Assembly (NCBI GenBank): GCA_041661275.1 | Contig: JBAZUU010000001.1 | Coordinates: forward strand, 35,493 to 99,492 | Direction: 5' to 3' | DNA length: 64,000 nucleotides | Origin: Parcubacteria group bacterium | GTDB lineage: Bacteria; Patescibacteriota; Minisyncoccia; Moranbacterales; UBA2206 | Shown: positions 55,845-64,000 of the stretch, piece after piece | Numbering within the stretch: the stretch's first letter is position 1 | Layout: each line of letters starts with the position of its first letter | Notes under the pieces: model-generated | What the model saw: the letters and a program-made list of their open reading frames with translations, nothing else | Told to the model about the DNA's origin: nothing | Databases searched by the model: none | Made by a program: the position numbers and the translations under genes

Positions 55845-56435
55845 CTATATCAAAACCATATTCCCATCTTCGACGAAGATAGCTTGGTCATCAGTTAGTT
55901 TGATTACTGATCCTTCTTTTCGTTTTGCTTTAAACTCCTCAATCATTTTCTCTTCTATCGGAGTATAGTGCGGAGATACGATATATTTAACCAGATTAAG
56001 ACCAGCCAAATCATTGAGGTTAATGTCGTTTATATCACCGATTCCCGCCACTTCAATATCCGGACCGGGAATAATGCTTCCGGCACTGACACCCAGATAA
56101 AATTTCTCCCGTTTTACCGCGTTGATCAAGACCTTGTCCATACCAGTTTTTCTCATTCGATCAAGGATATAAAAAGTGTTGCCACCGCATACATAGTAAA
56201 TATCATACTCTTTCAGATTTACAAAATTATTTTCTTCCGAAATGTTTATTTTGTCATATCGCAATCCGATTTCCCCCAGCTCTTTATCATATTGCTCGAG
56301 CCACTGCCAATCACTTTCTTCTCTGATAGTAAAAATCAAACAAGCTTTCTTGTCACTAAGCGTATCGAATTGTGAAATGAAAAAATCTCGTACTTTTTTA
56401 TTTTCTAATCCTGTTGAGGTTAGTAATAATTTCAT
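55845..56435 (-). CDS. Peptidase E (S51) family
   Basis: LLLTSTG, GGNTFY, GVSAG and PHY motifs. Confidence 0.85.
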   Translation of the reverse strand: MKLLLTSTGLENKKVRDFFISQFDTLSDKKACLIFTIREESDWQWLEQYDKELGEIGLRYDKINISEENNFVNLKEYDIYYVCGGNTFYILDRMRKTGMDKVLINAVKREKFYLGVSAGSIIPGPDIEVAGIGDINDINLNDLAGLNLVKYIVSPHYTPIEEKMIEEFKAKRKEGSVIKLTDDQAIFVEDGNMVLI

Positions 56436-56459
56436 ATTTTATAATTTTTTATTTTAAAA

Positions 56460-57326
56460 CTATTTCTCTATTATGTTTTTGGTCTTTTTGCAAGTTACTA
56501 TAGTATATGGAATTTGCCAAGCATATGGCTCTTCGTGATGAGTAAGTACGCCTTGCAATCCTTCAATGTTTTGCCGAATATACTCTTTCGCTTCTTTCAT
56601 CTGTTCTTCTGGGGCGTTGATACGCCGAACAAAGAATTCATCGAATGTTTCATAAAGAGTAGGGCCATCTGCGATTTCTTCAATTTTATCAAATATTTTT
56701 CTGTGCAAATCTATCCCCTCTTCTTTTCCACAAAAATTTACCCTTCTTTTCGCAACATCAAACAGTCCATTAAAGCAATTCGCTTGTTCTTGAGTGTCAT
56801 AAGAACAAAATTGGCTAACTAGAATTCCGCCGGGTTTCAATATTCGTTTAATTTCTTCCAATATCTTAGCTTGATATTTGGGCTCTACATACTGTAAAAC
56901 GCTACGCAAAATAACTAAATCGGCGGTTTCACTAGCTAATGGCGTTTCCATTAGACTAGCTTCAATTTTTTCAGCCTGTACTGAGCTTTGCTTCATTGCT
57001 ACGGCATTTGTGTCAATCATAACCAATCTAGCATCAGAACCATTTTTTCTAAATTTTTCACGCACATAATTTCCAAGTGTCCCCTGGCTCGATCCCGCAT
57101 CAACTATTGTCGCATTTTCCCTATCATATATTTCATTTGGAATATGTCGAGCAAAAATTTCACAATTTTCCTCACTTCCAAAAAAACCTTGGTATAACTC
57201 CTCCAAAGCTCTTGCCTTCCCCTCTCCTGCTCTTGTCGCCAATTCTATATCCTGTTTCATTCCAGATTCAACATTTTCACTCTCTTGCTTTTTTATAGAT
57301 GATTCTTTTTTGTGTTCGAAATTCAT
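56460..57326 (-). CDS. Class I SAM-dependent methyltransferase
   Basis: VDAGSSQG and RILKPGG; start uncertain (57326 or 57389). Confidence 0.8.
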   Translation of the reverse strand: MNFEHKKESSIKKQESENVESGMKQDIELATRAGEGKARALEELYQGFFGSEENCEIFARHIPNEIYDRENATIVDAGSSQGTLGNYVREKFRKNGSDARLVMIDTNAVAMKQSSVQAEKIEASLMETPLASETADLVILRSVLQYVEPKYQAKILEEIKRILKPGGILVSQFCSYDTQEQANCFNGLFDVAKRRVNFCGKEEGIDLHRKIFDKIEEIADGPTLYETFDEFFVRRINAPEEQMKEAKEYIRQNIEGLQGVLTHHEEPYAWQIPYTIVTCKKTKNIIEK

Positions 57327-57443
57327 ATTTTGATTATACACAGACGCTTCATTTTTTCCGATATCTTCAGATACAGGAAATTGACTCACTGCAATTTAAT
57401 TTATGGATAATTTAAATATCGTACCAATCTCGAGGAAATATTG

Positions 57444-58322
57444 TCAGGACTGAGATAATATCATTTTTAGTTTCTTTATTATCCTAGTCATGCCTTCTGA
57501 TTTTTTATTTTTTTGATAAAACCAAAACCAATTCATCATCGCTATAATAGTATCCTCCTTAATCTGGAAAAATAAATCATCATTTTTGGCACCATAATAA
57601 TTCAGAATATCTTTCAAAAACTGATCATTACTTTTTTTATTAAAATCAACCAAATCCATAAAATCCATCGCCGGTATGCCGAGCCCCGCTTCTGCCCAAT
57701 CCAAGATGCCGGTAATTATTTTCTTATCCGGATCCCAAAGAATGTTGTTGAAATATAAATCGCCGTGTATAATTGTTGCTGGATTTTCAAAATTACTAGG
57801 ATTATTGGCAATAGCTTTCAGCTTGGCGTTGAGAATCTTAAGCTCATCAGCACTCAAGTATTGTGCTATCAACTTGGGACAAGATCTATAATCACTTTTT
57901 CTCATCACTAAGTATCCAGTGTCGAAATTAATTTTTTTGTCTTTAAATCCGTGGAGTGCTTTTAAAAACAAGCCGAGCTGTTTTGCGATTTTGAGCCTTT
58001 CTTTCGGAGCAAGTTTTTCGATGTCAGATGGGCGAGGGTGTTTTCCAGGTATCTTTTTATAACCAATAAAACCATCGCCAAGGTATTTTGGTGCCGGCAC
58101 TGCCAGAGGAGACACCTTAGAAAATGAGACTAAGAAATCCAATCTTTTTTCCATTTTTTCTTTAGCGTCGTCGTTTCTGGGAAATCGAAAAATCCATTTT
58201 TCATTAACTTCAATAATCAGACTTTCCGTGCCTCTATTTACTGCCTTGTATGAATTGATCTTGAGACCTGTAGCCATTCTTATCTCTTCGATTCTTGCGG
58301 CGATTGATTTTTGCTTTGTCAT
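57444..58322 (-). CDS. Aminoglycoside phosphotransferase (APH) family protein
   Basis: IFRFPR, IHGDL-NNI and GILDW motifs. Confidence 0.85.
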   Translation of the reverse strand: MTKQKSIAARIEEIRMATGLKINSYKAVNRGTESLIIEVNEKWIFRFPRNDDAKEKMEKRLDFLVSFSKVSPLAVPAPKYLGDGFIGYKKIPGKHPRPSDIEKLAPKERLKIAKQLGLFLKALHGFKDKKINFDTGYLVMRKSDYRSCPKLIAQYLSADELKILNAKLKAIANNPSNFENPATIIHGDLYFNNILWDPDKKIITGILDWAEAGLGIPAMDFMDLVDFNKKSNDQFLKDILNYYGAKNDDLFFQIKEDTIIAMMNWFWFYQKNKKSEGMTRIIKKLKMILSQS

Positions 58323-58384
58323 AGTTTATCTAAGTTGATCTATGACCATTCTACCATAAACCGGCCATAATCCTATATGCGTAT

Positions 58385-60208
58385 CTACTTTTGCACAATA
58401 TTCTCCAGCCTTTCTTTTCCCATTATATGCAACTCCGATATAGCGCGAGTAAGCGCCACATAAAGAAGATCTTTGTTAATTCTCTTTTTCTCTTCAGCTA
58501 AATCAACATGCCCCTTATCTTGATAATCAGCAAACATTTCTTTGCTGACGCCCACAATAATAACAACGTCAAACTCCACTCCCTGCGCTTCATTCATCGT
58601 CATTGCATGCACTTTGTTGTTATCGCTAAAAGTACTTTTGAACTGAGTCAAATAATTCTCTTCTTTGGCTAATATTCCGACACTGGAAAAATTATTTGTC
58701 GCAATGATTTTTTTGATTTGTTCGATTTCTTCATCCTTGCTTTGAAAAATATATTCTTCCACCGCTTTTCCTTCCTTTAGCTGATCGAGTATTTCAATGT
58801 CATATCCCAATTTTTTGATATATCGCAAAATGTTTTTTGTGTTCCGATAAACTTTTTGCAGCGTTACCTTTCGTTCCTCTTCCATTTTTTCCTCGATATC
58901 TTCCCAATGGCGGATCGTTCCCAGCTTCACTTGCTGAGCCATATCTCCGACATAAACCGTTGATTGGCTTTTCTCGCTGATACAAGATTTTATAAGCCGC
59001 AATTGATCCGGCAAATAGTTTTGGAATTCGTCGATTACCGCTAAGGAATATTCCAAGGGTACCGCTTCCTTCTTCTTTTTTATGGATCCGTTCCTTTGCT
59101 GGATATATCGATCTCTAATCACACTTAAACCCTCGCTGCTCGCGTAAGATATTTTCAGAAGTAAGGTTAAGTCAATTCTGTCATACGCCCTCTCTTCCTT
59201 TTGACGCTGAAACAAAGTTTTTTTCTCGTTGTTCAAATACTTTCCATAAACTTTTTCAAGTATTGAGTGCGAATCTGATTTTGCATATGTCTGCTTGGAT
59301 AAATTATTCAAAGCTTTCAATTTGTAAAACTCATATAAGTCCTTCTCGTACTCACTATCTCCGTATCTTTCCGTAAAATTACCATCCATGCCAAGAATCT
59401 CAAACGCCCATTCGGAAAAAGTAACGATTTTGACATCATCGATACCGAGCTCCGGCAGAAGATGGGAGAAATACTCCTTGGTGCCGTTATCCTGAACGAA
59501 GACTATGATGGATTTGCTGGTGTAGATGTCGGCCAAGTCCGGAGATTGAACAAGATAGGCCACCCGATGAAGAGCCAGGGTGGTCTTGCCGCTTCCAGCC
59601 GGACCGGAGATCAAAAACGATCCTTTATGATAAGCGCGAATTACCTGATCCTGCGCCTTTTCCATTTGAGCCACAATTTCTGGAAGAATGAAGCCTGTTT
59701 TTTTGGTGGAAAAATATTCTTCATATATCAGTTCCCGCGGCTCGGATATCGTTTCCGAAGACAGAAATTTTATTTTTCTATCAACAATCATAAATTGATC
59801 TTTCCTGAGCAGTTTTACTTTCTGTATCATTCCGTCCGGACGCTTATAGCTCACGTCGCCCGGCTTTTCAAACCGAATCACTGAAGCCGGAGTTATCCAG
59901 GAATAAATATCCCTGTCGCTGAATCCAAACTTGCCAAAGTAGATTCTGTTTTCTTTTTCTTCCCCGCTAAACACAATATCGCAGCGCACAAAATAGGGCG
60001 AGCCTTTTAAATGCTTCAGCTCATTGATTCTTTTTTCATTGTTGGCGATGATCGTACTCTCTACCATCTGGTCGGCGTAGGAAAGCGTGCTGAACCTCTC
60101 CTTGCTTAATTTGAGTGACTTCTCCACTTTAGCAAGACCATTTTTCAGGCTCATACAAACAGACGCCAAATGTTCCCTGGCGAGGGATAGAATTTTTTCT
60201 TTGTCCAT
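58385..60208 (-). CDS. HelD-like / UvrD-family ATPase
   Basis: SPYF, IYFGK, W-P, QDQVIR, GPAGSGKTTLALHRVAYL, DEFQ and LYVALTRA motifs. Confidence 0.82.
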   Translation of the reverse strand: MDKEKILSLAREHLASVCMSLKNGLAKVEKSLKLSKERFSTLSYADQMVESTIIANNEKRINELKHLKGSPYFVRCDIVFSGEEKENRIYFGKFGFSDRDIYSWITPASVIRFEKPGDVSYKRPDGMIQKVKLLRKDQFMIVDRKIKFLSSETISEPRELIYEEYFSTKKTGFILPEIVAQMEKAQDQVIRAYHKGSFLISGPAGSGKTTLALHRVAYLVQSPDLADIYTSKSIIVFVQDNGTKEYFSHLLPELGIDDVKIVTFSEWAFEILGMDGNFTERYGDSEYEKDLYEFYKLKALNNLSKQTYAKSDSHSILEKVYGKYLNNEKKTLFQRQKEERAYDRIDLTLLLKISYASSEGLSVIRDRYIQQRNGSIKKKKEAVPLEYSLAVIDEFQNYLPDQLRLIKSCISEKSQSTVYVGDMAQQVKLGTIRHWEDIEEKMEEERKVTLQKVYRNTKNILRYIKKLGYDIEILDQLKEGKAVEEYIFQSKDEEIEQIKKIIATNNFSSVGILAKEENYLTQFKSTFSDNNKVHAMTMNEAQGVEFDVVIIVGVSKEMFADYQDKGHVDLAEEKKRINKDLLYVALTRAISELHIMGKERLENIVQK

Positions 60209-60212
60209 AGTT

Positions 60213-60367
60213 AATAAAAAAACGACTTATAGTATAAGCTGGAAATTGCGTTTTTGGATACAATTTGACCCTGCTTATGTAAGTCGGTTTTCGCTAGAAG
60301 TAGGTAATATTGGCTGGTTTCAAGTGTTTTTGTATTTTCAGTATATCACATATTGGCGTTTTGGCAA
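60213..60367 (-). promoter_or_regulatory. Promoter, short uORF and terminator-like leader of the helicase
   Basis: TTGCCA-N16-TATACT; TTG-started uORF 60323-60294; CGACTTA..TAAGC / GCTTA..TAAGTCG-T7. Confidence 0.5.
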
Positions 60368-60509
60368 ATTAACGGCTGCTTATTAGTCTTCTAAAGATAA
60401 GAGTTGACAATAATCTGACAGCCTACACTTAGCTCAGCTCTTGCGTTAATGTCGATTATACTATATAATTTAACTGGAAAGGGACTTAAACACCCCTTTC
60501 AGACAATAT

Positions 60510-61127
60510 ATGAACAAAATACCAACAAAAGGTGAATATTTAGAGGTCTTATTAAGATCTCCCAAAACCGTCTTTTCTACAAAAGATGCGGCTTTATTAT
60601 GGAACGAGACCGATAATGCCGTGGTTACTGACCGATTAAAAAAATATGTTAAAGCTGGAAAGTTAGTTCGACCATATCGCGGTTTGTATGCCAAAGATAA
60701 AAATTATAATCGCTTTGAAATTGCAACGCGAATCTATACTCCTTCTTACATCAGTTTCGAAACTGTTTTGACGAGAGCTGGAATCAACTTTCAATTCTAT
60801 AGCAATATTTTTGTGGCTTCATACGTAACTCGAGATATTCAAGCTGGCGATCAGTCGATTTCATTTGTCCGAATGAAAGACTATGTTTTAAGTAACACGG
60901 TCGGCATTGAACATTCGGACGGAATTGCCATGGCTACCAAAGAGCGCGCGTTCTTGGACAGAATTTATGTGAGCAAAGATTATCATTTTGATAATTTAAA
61001 CGCCTTGGATTGGGACAAGGTGTTTGAGATTTTGCCGATCTATAACAATAAGCGAATGGAAAAGAAGGTTGATGAGTATTTCGATCACTACAAAAGCGAT
61101 CAACCAATTAAACCAGAAAAAATATGA
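60510..61127 (+). CDS. Type IV TA antitoxin (AbiEi-like)
   Basis: RGLY, PSYISFETVL and ATKERAFLD motifs. Confidence 0.82.
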   Translation: MNKIPTKGEYLEVLLRSPKTVFSTKDAALLWNETDNAVVTDRLKKYVKAGKLVRPYRGLYAKDKNYNRFEIATRIYTPSYISFETVLTRAGINFQFYSNIFVASYVTRDIQAGDQSISFVRMKDYVLSNTVGIEHSDGIAMATKERAFLDRIYVSKDYHFDNLNALDWDKVFEILPIYNNKRMEKKVDEYFDHYKSDQPIKPEKI

Positions 61128-61819
61128 AATTAGATTATTCAAAACACAAAAATATCTTACTGCAGATTTTAAAGGACATTTATTCCGATACGTCTATTGC
61201 TCCCCATTTAGGATTTAAGGGTGGAACGGCCGCTTTATTGTTCTATGGATTAACTCGTGATTCGGTTGATTTGGATTTGGACTTGCTGAACGAAGAAAAA
61301 GAAATAGAAGTATTTGAAAAAATACAAAAAATTATCGCCAATTATGGGACGGTCGTCGATTCGAGAATTAAGAAATTCAATTTGCTTAACGTTCTTTCGT
61401 ATGCGCCCGGTGCGCAAAAAATAAAAGTCGAGGTCAACCGAAGACAGTTTGGCTCGAAATATGATCTTAAAACTTTGCTTGGCATATCAATGCTGGTCAT
61501 GATTGAGGAAGATATGTTTGCCCATAAGCTGATGGCCATGCATGAACGGATCGGCAAAACAAGTCGGGATGTTTATGATGTTTGGTTTTTCTTGGAAAAC
61601 CGCTGGCCCATTAACAAAGAAATTGTCGAACAACGTTCCGGTAAAACTTTCAAAAAAGTGCTGAAAATGACGGCTGAACAGTTGGAAAAGCTGGATAATA
61701 AACACGTATTGGATGGACTGGGTGATTTCCTGACAGATCCACAAAAAGATTGGGCTCGCGCCAAACTGAAAAGTGAAACGATATTTTTACTAAAAGCTCG
61801 AGCGGAGAGTGAAAAATAA
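61124..61819 (+). CDS. Type IV TA toxin (AbiEii nucleotidyltransferase)
   Basis: FKGGTA, R-SVDLD, K and RDVYD motifs. Confidence 0.88.
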   Translation: MKLDYSKHKNILLQILKDIYSDTSIAPHLGFKGGTAALLFYGLTRDSVDLDLDLLNEEKEIEVFEKIQKIIANYGTVVDSRIKKFNLLNVLSYAPGAQKIKVEVNRRQFGSKYDLKTLLGISMLVMIEEDMFAHKLMAMHERIGKTSRDVYDVWFFLENRWPINKEIVEQRSGKTFKKVLKMTAEQLEKLDNKHVLDGLGDFLTDPQKDWARAKLKSETIFLLKARAESEK

Positions 61820-61877
61820 TAAAGGCAGATGCGTTTGGAATTAAACTCGATGATTTTAATGAAATAAAAATACTGAT

Positions 61878-63266
61878 ATGGAAAAACAAATATTTACAAT
61901 CGGATATACAATACCGACATTTGATGAAAATTATGTTGATTTTTACGATGAGTTATCATTAATGGATGCTGATATTTTATTGATTTCGCCCGACTCGTTA
62001 GAGCCAAGGGGAGATTGGGTAAGTTTCACTACAAGCGATGGAGGTTGTTATAATGTTGCGGCATCAAAAACATACAAACAGAAGGTATTTACTTTAAGAA
62101 AAGAGATCGAAGACTATTTGAATGCAGGGAAGAATGTTTTTGTGCTTTTAACTAAAACAGAAGAATATCAACTCGCAAGCGGTGTATCTTCGGAGAGGAA
62201 AGGTCAAAATACTTTTCATACTGAGATGTATGGCAATTATAATTTCTTGCCTACTAAAATTGGCACATTAACATCAGTTTCCGGAAAGCATGTTGAATTT
62301 TCTGGAAACCCAGTATTTAGTGATTTTTATCAAAAATTTAAGGAAAATTTGGAATACCAACTTTATATAGAGAACCTAAGTGGAGCCCAGATAATTTTTA
62401 CAGGCAAAGATAAGACGAAAGTTCTTGGAGCAATTTACAAGGTAGGAAATGGACACCTCGTGGTATTACCTTTTATAAAATACAATAGGAAGAAATTTAT
62501 CACATATAAGAAAAAAGAAGATAAGAGTTACTGGACAAATGAGGCGATAAAATTTGGAAAATCGTTAGTTAAATCATTTGTTGATATAGATAAGGCTCTC
62601 CAAAAGGGCGGAGACAGAACCCCTCCTCCTGATTGGACAGGTGAAGTGAATTTTCAGTTAGCCCAAGAGCAAGTTTTACAGGAAGATATCAAGCAGAAAT
62701 CAAATGAAATCGAAAATCTTATTTTGCAAAAAAATGAGTTGCTATCAAAAATAGATCAAGAGGTTCAGTTAAGAGATTTGCTTTTTGAGAAAGGAAAAAC
62801 ACTTGAAAATGCGATTAATTTGGCACTGGAAGTTTTGGGATATAAGGCGGAAAATTACAATGACGGAAATCTTGAGATAGATCATGTTATCACCTCACCG
62901 GAAGGAGACCGTTTTATTGGTGAGGCTGAAGGCAAAGATACTTCTGCTATAAATATTGATAAGTTTAGACAATTATCAACGAACATTCAGGAAGATTTAC
63001 AAAGAGAAGAAGTTGAAAATCCTGCAGTGGGTATTTTATTCGGGAATGGCTTCCGACTTACAAAGCCAACTGAAAGAGCGGAGCAGTTCACGACTAAATG
63101 TATCAATACAGCAAAATCGTCAAATTGCGTTTTGATTAGGACCGTCGACCTTTTTAGGGTTGCAAAATATACAAAAGAATCAAGGAATAAAATTTATGCA
63201 AAAAATTGCCGAGATACAATAAATGATAGTCTTGGTAAAATTGTCGAGTTTCCGCCATTGCCTTAA
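61878..63266 (+). CDS. Hypothetical protein with a C-terminal PD-(D/E)xK restriction-endonuclease-like domain
   Basis: LE-A-LG, EIDHVI and GEAEGKD after a coiled coil. Confidence 0.6.
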   Translation: MEKQIFTIGYTIPTFDENYVDFYDELSLMDADILLISPDSLEPRGDWVSFTTSDGGCYNVAASKTYKQKVFTLRKEIEDYLNAGKNVFVLLTKTEEYQLASGVSSERKGQNTFHTEMYGNYNFLPTKIGTLTSVSGKHVEFSGNPVFSDFYQKFKENLEYQLYIENLSGAQIIFTGKDKTKVLGAIYKVGNGHLVVLPFIKYNRKKFITYKKKEDKSYWTNEAIKFGKSLVKSFVDIDKALQKGGDRTPPPDWTGEVNFQLAQEQVLQEDIKQKSNEIENLILQKNELLSKIDQEVQLRDLLFEKGKTLENAINLALEVLGYKAENYNDGNLEIDHVITSPEGDRFIGEAEGKDTSAINIDKFRQLSTNIQEDLQREEVENPAVGILFGNGFRLTKPTERAEQFTTKCINTAKSSNCVLIRTVDLFRVAKYTKESRNKIYAKNCRDTINDSLGKIVEFPPLP

Positions 63267-63306
63267 ACATAAAAATCCAAGCCATGGCCAATATTGGCCT
63301 AAAAAT

Positions 63307-63588
63307 ATGGAGAAAGAAACAAAACAACAAATTCTTGAACGGCAAAAAGAAATTGAGCAGGAAATCATGGAAATGCTCAAGGAAACAGGGAGTGCTTTTG
63401 CGCTGAAAGATATTAAAGACGCGATTTTCAACGAAGCAGAGCGGGATGATTTTACACATGTTGTCGCTATGTTCGATCGAGGCGGCGACGCTTCGGAATT
63501 GGAGAATGTGCTTGAACTCGTAACCGATGCCTGGAATTATTTTCCGCACAAAGCCCTGGGTGGCATTTCCCCAGCCGAAAAGGCGTAA
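63307..63588 (+). CDS. Hypothetical protein
   Basis: DAWNYFPHKALGGISPAE. Confidence 0.65.
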   Translation: MEKETKQQILERQKEIEQEIMEMLKETGSAFALKDIKDAIFNEAERDDFTHVVAMFDRGGDASELENVLELVTDAWNYFPHKALGGISPAEKA

Positions 63589-63612
63589 GCATATCAGTAA
63601 AAAGGAAGAGAT

Positions 63613-64000
63613 ATGACAACATTTGTTAAGATATTTAGAACTATTTTAACCGCAGACAAAGATGCCAGTCGCAAGGCGGCACGCGAGGTGCGGAAATTTT
63701 TGTATCGATCGCATAGCAACAGGAATAATTATGATGATATTAAAAATATCATCAACAACGCGCCAATTGAGTATTCTGAAATTTCCGAGGATTGGCGGCA
63801 AGAAAATTTTGTCATAGCTGTGTCGGTTATTTATTATTTGCACGACAAAGAAAACCGGCCGGATTTTCTTTTCCCATGGCTGTTTCATCTGCTTTGGCAT
63901 AAAAATGGCAACATCCGCCATGCGGCGGTGAGAATGATCGAGCATGAGCTCGGACCACTCACCTATCACCTTCGCTGTCCTGGCAAAAAATCTTCATTTC
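63613..64000 (+). CDS. Helical (HEAT-like) hypothetical protein, partial
   Basis: Open from ATG 63613 to the window end; LLWHKNGNIRHAAV. Confidence 0.55.
   Translation, partial: MTTFVKIFRTILTADKDASRKAAREVRKFLYRSHSNRNNYDDIKNIINNAPIEYSEISEDWRQENFVIAVSVIYYLHDKENRPDFLFPWLFHLLWHKNGNIRHAAVRMIEHELGPLTYHLRCPGKKSSF

Noticed and set aside
1-64000. Additional VRs or a CRISPR array
   Set aside because: No other TR-like segment, regularly spaced repeat-spacer array or cas gene was seen by eye.
45736-64000. Prophage
   Set aside because: No terminase, capsid, tail or lysis genes were found.

Overview
Chromosomal segment of a low-GC bacterium, very probably Patescibacteria/CPR (Parcubacteria, Moranbacteria-like). 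This is inferred from gene content, few Shine-Dalgarno sites on core genes and typical palindromic mini-repeats. Positions 1-14 kb hold housekeeping genes: rnj, trpS, ychF, rpsF-ssb-rpsR-efp-smpB-tmRNA and infC-rpmI-rplT. The main feature is a complete diversity-generating retroelement (DGR) at 16.9-19.8 kb: reverse transcriptase, 100-bp template repeat, and a target gene whose variable repeat differs only at template adenines (14 changes, 13 of them A->G). Its Avd-like gene lies on the opposite strand, fills the TR-RT spacer and overlaps the RT 5' end across a G9/C9 tract. Other signals are: a repeated operator (AGTGATA-N3-TATCACT, often beside a DnaA box); at least three promoter/leader-peptide/antiterminator/terminator units in front of unknown small genes; a uORF-hairpin switch on rnj; orphan small-RNA candidates; palindromes inserted in frame in core genes; a small defence cluster; and a serine-recombinase element at tRNA-Asn, followed by resistance-like enzymes, a HelD-like helicase and an AbiE toxin-antitoxin pair. 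All calls come from reading the sequence; no database searches were run.
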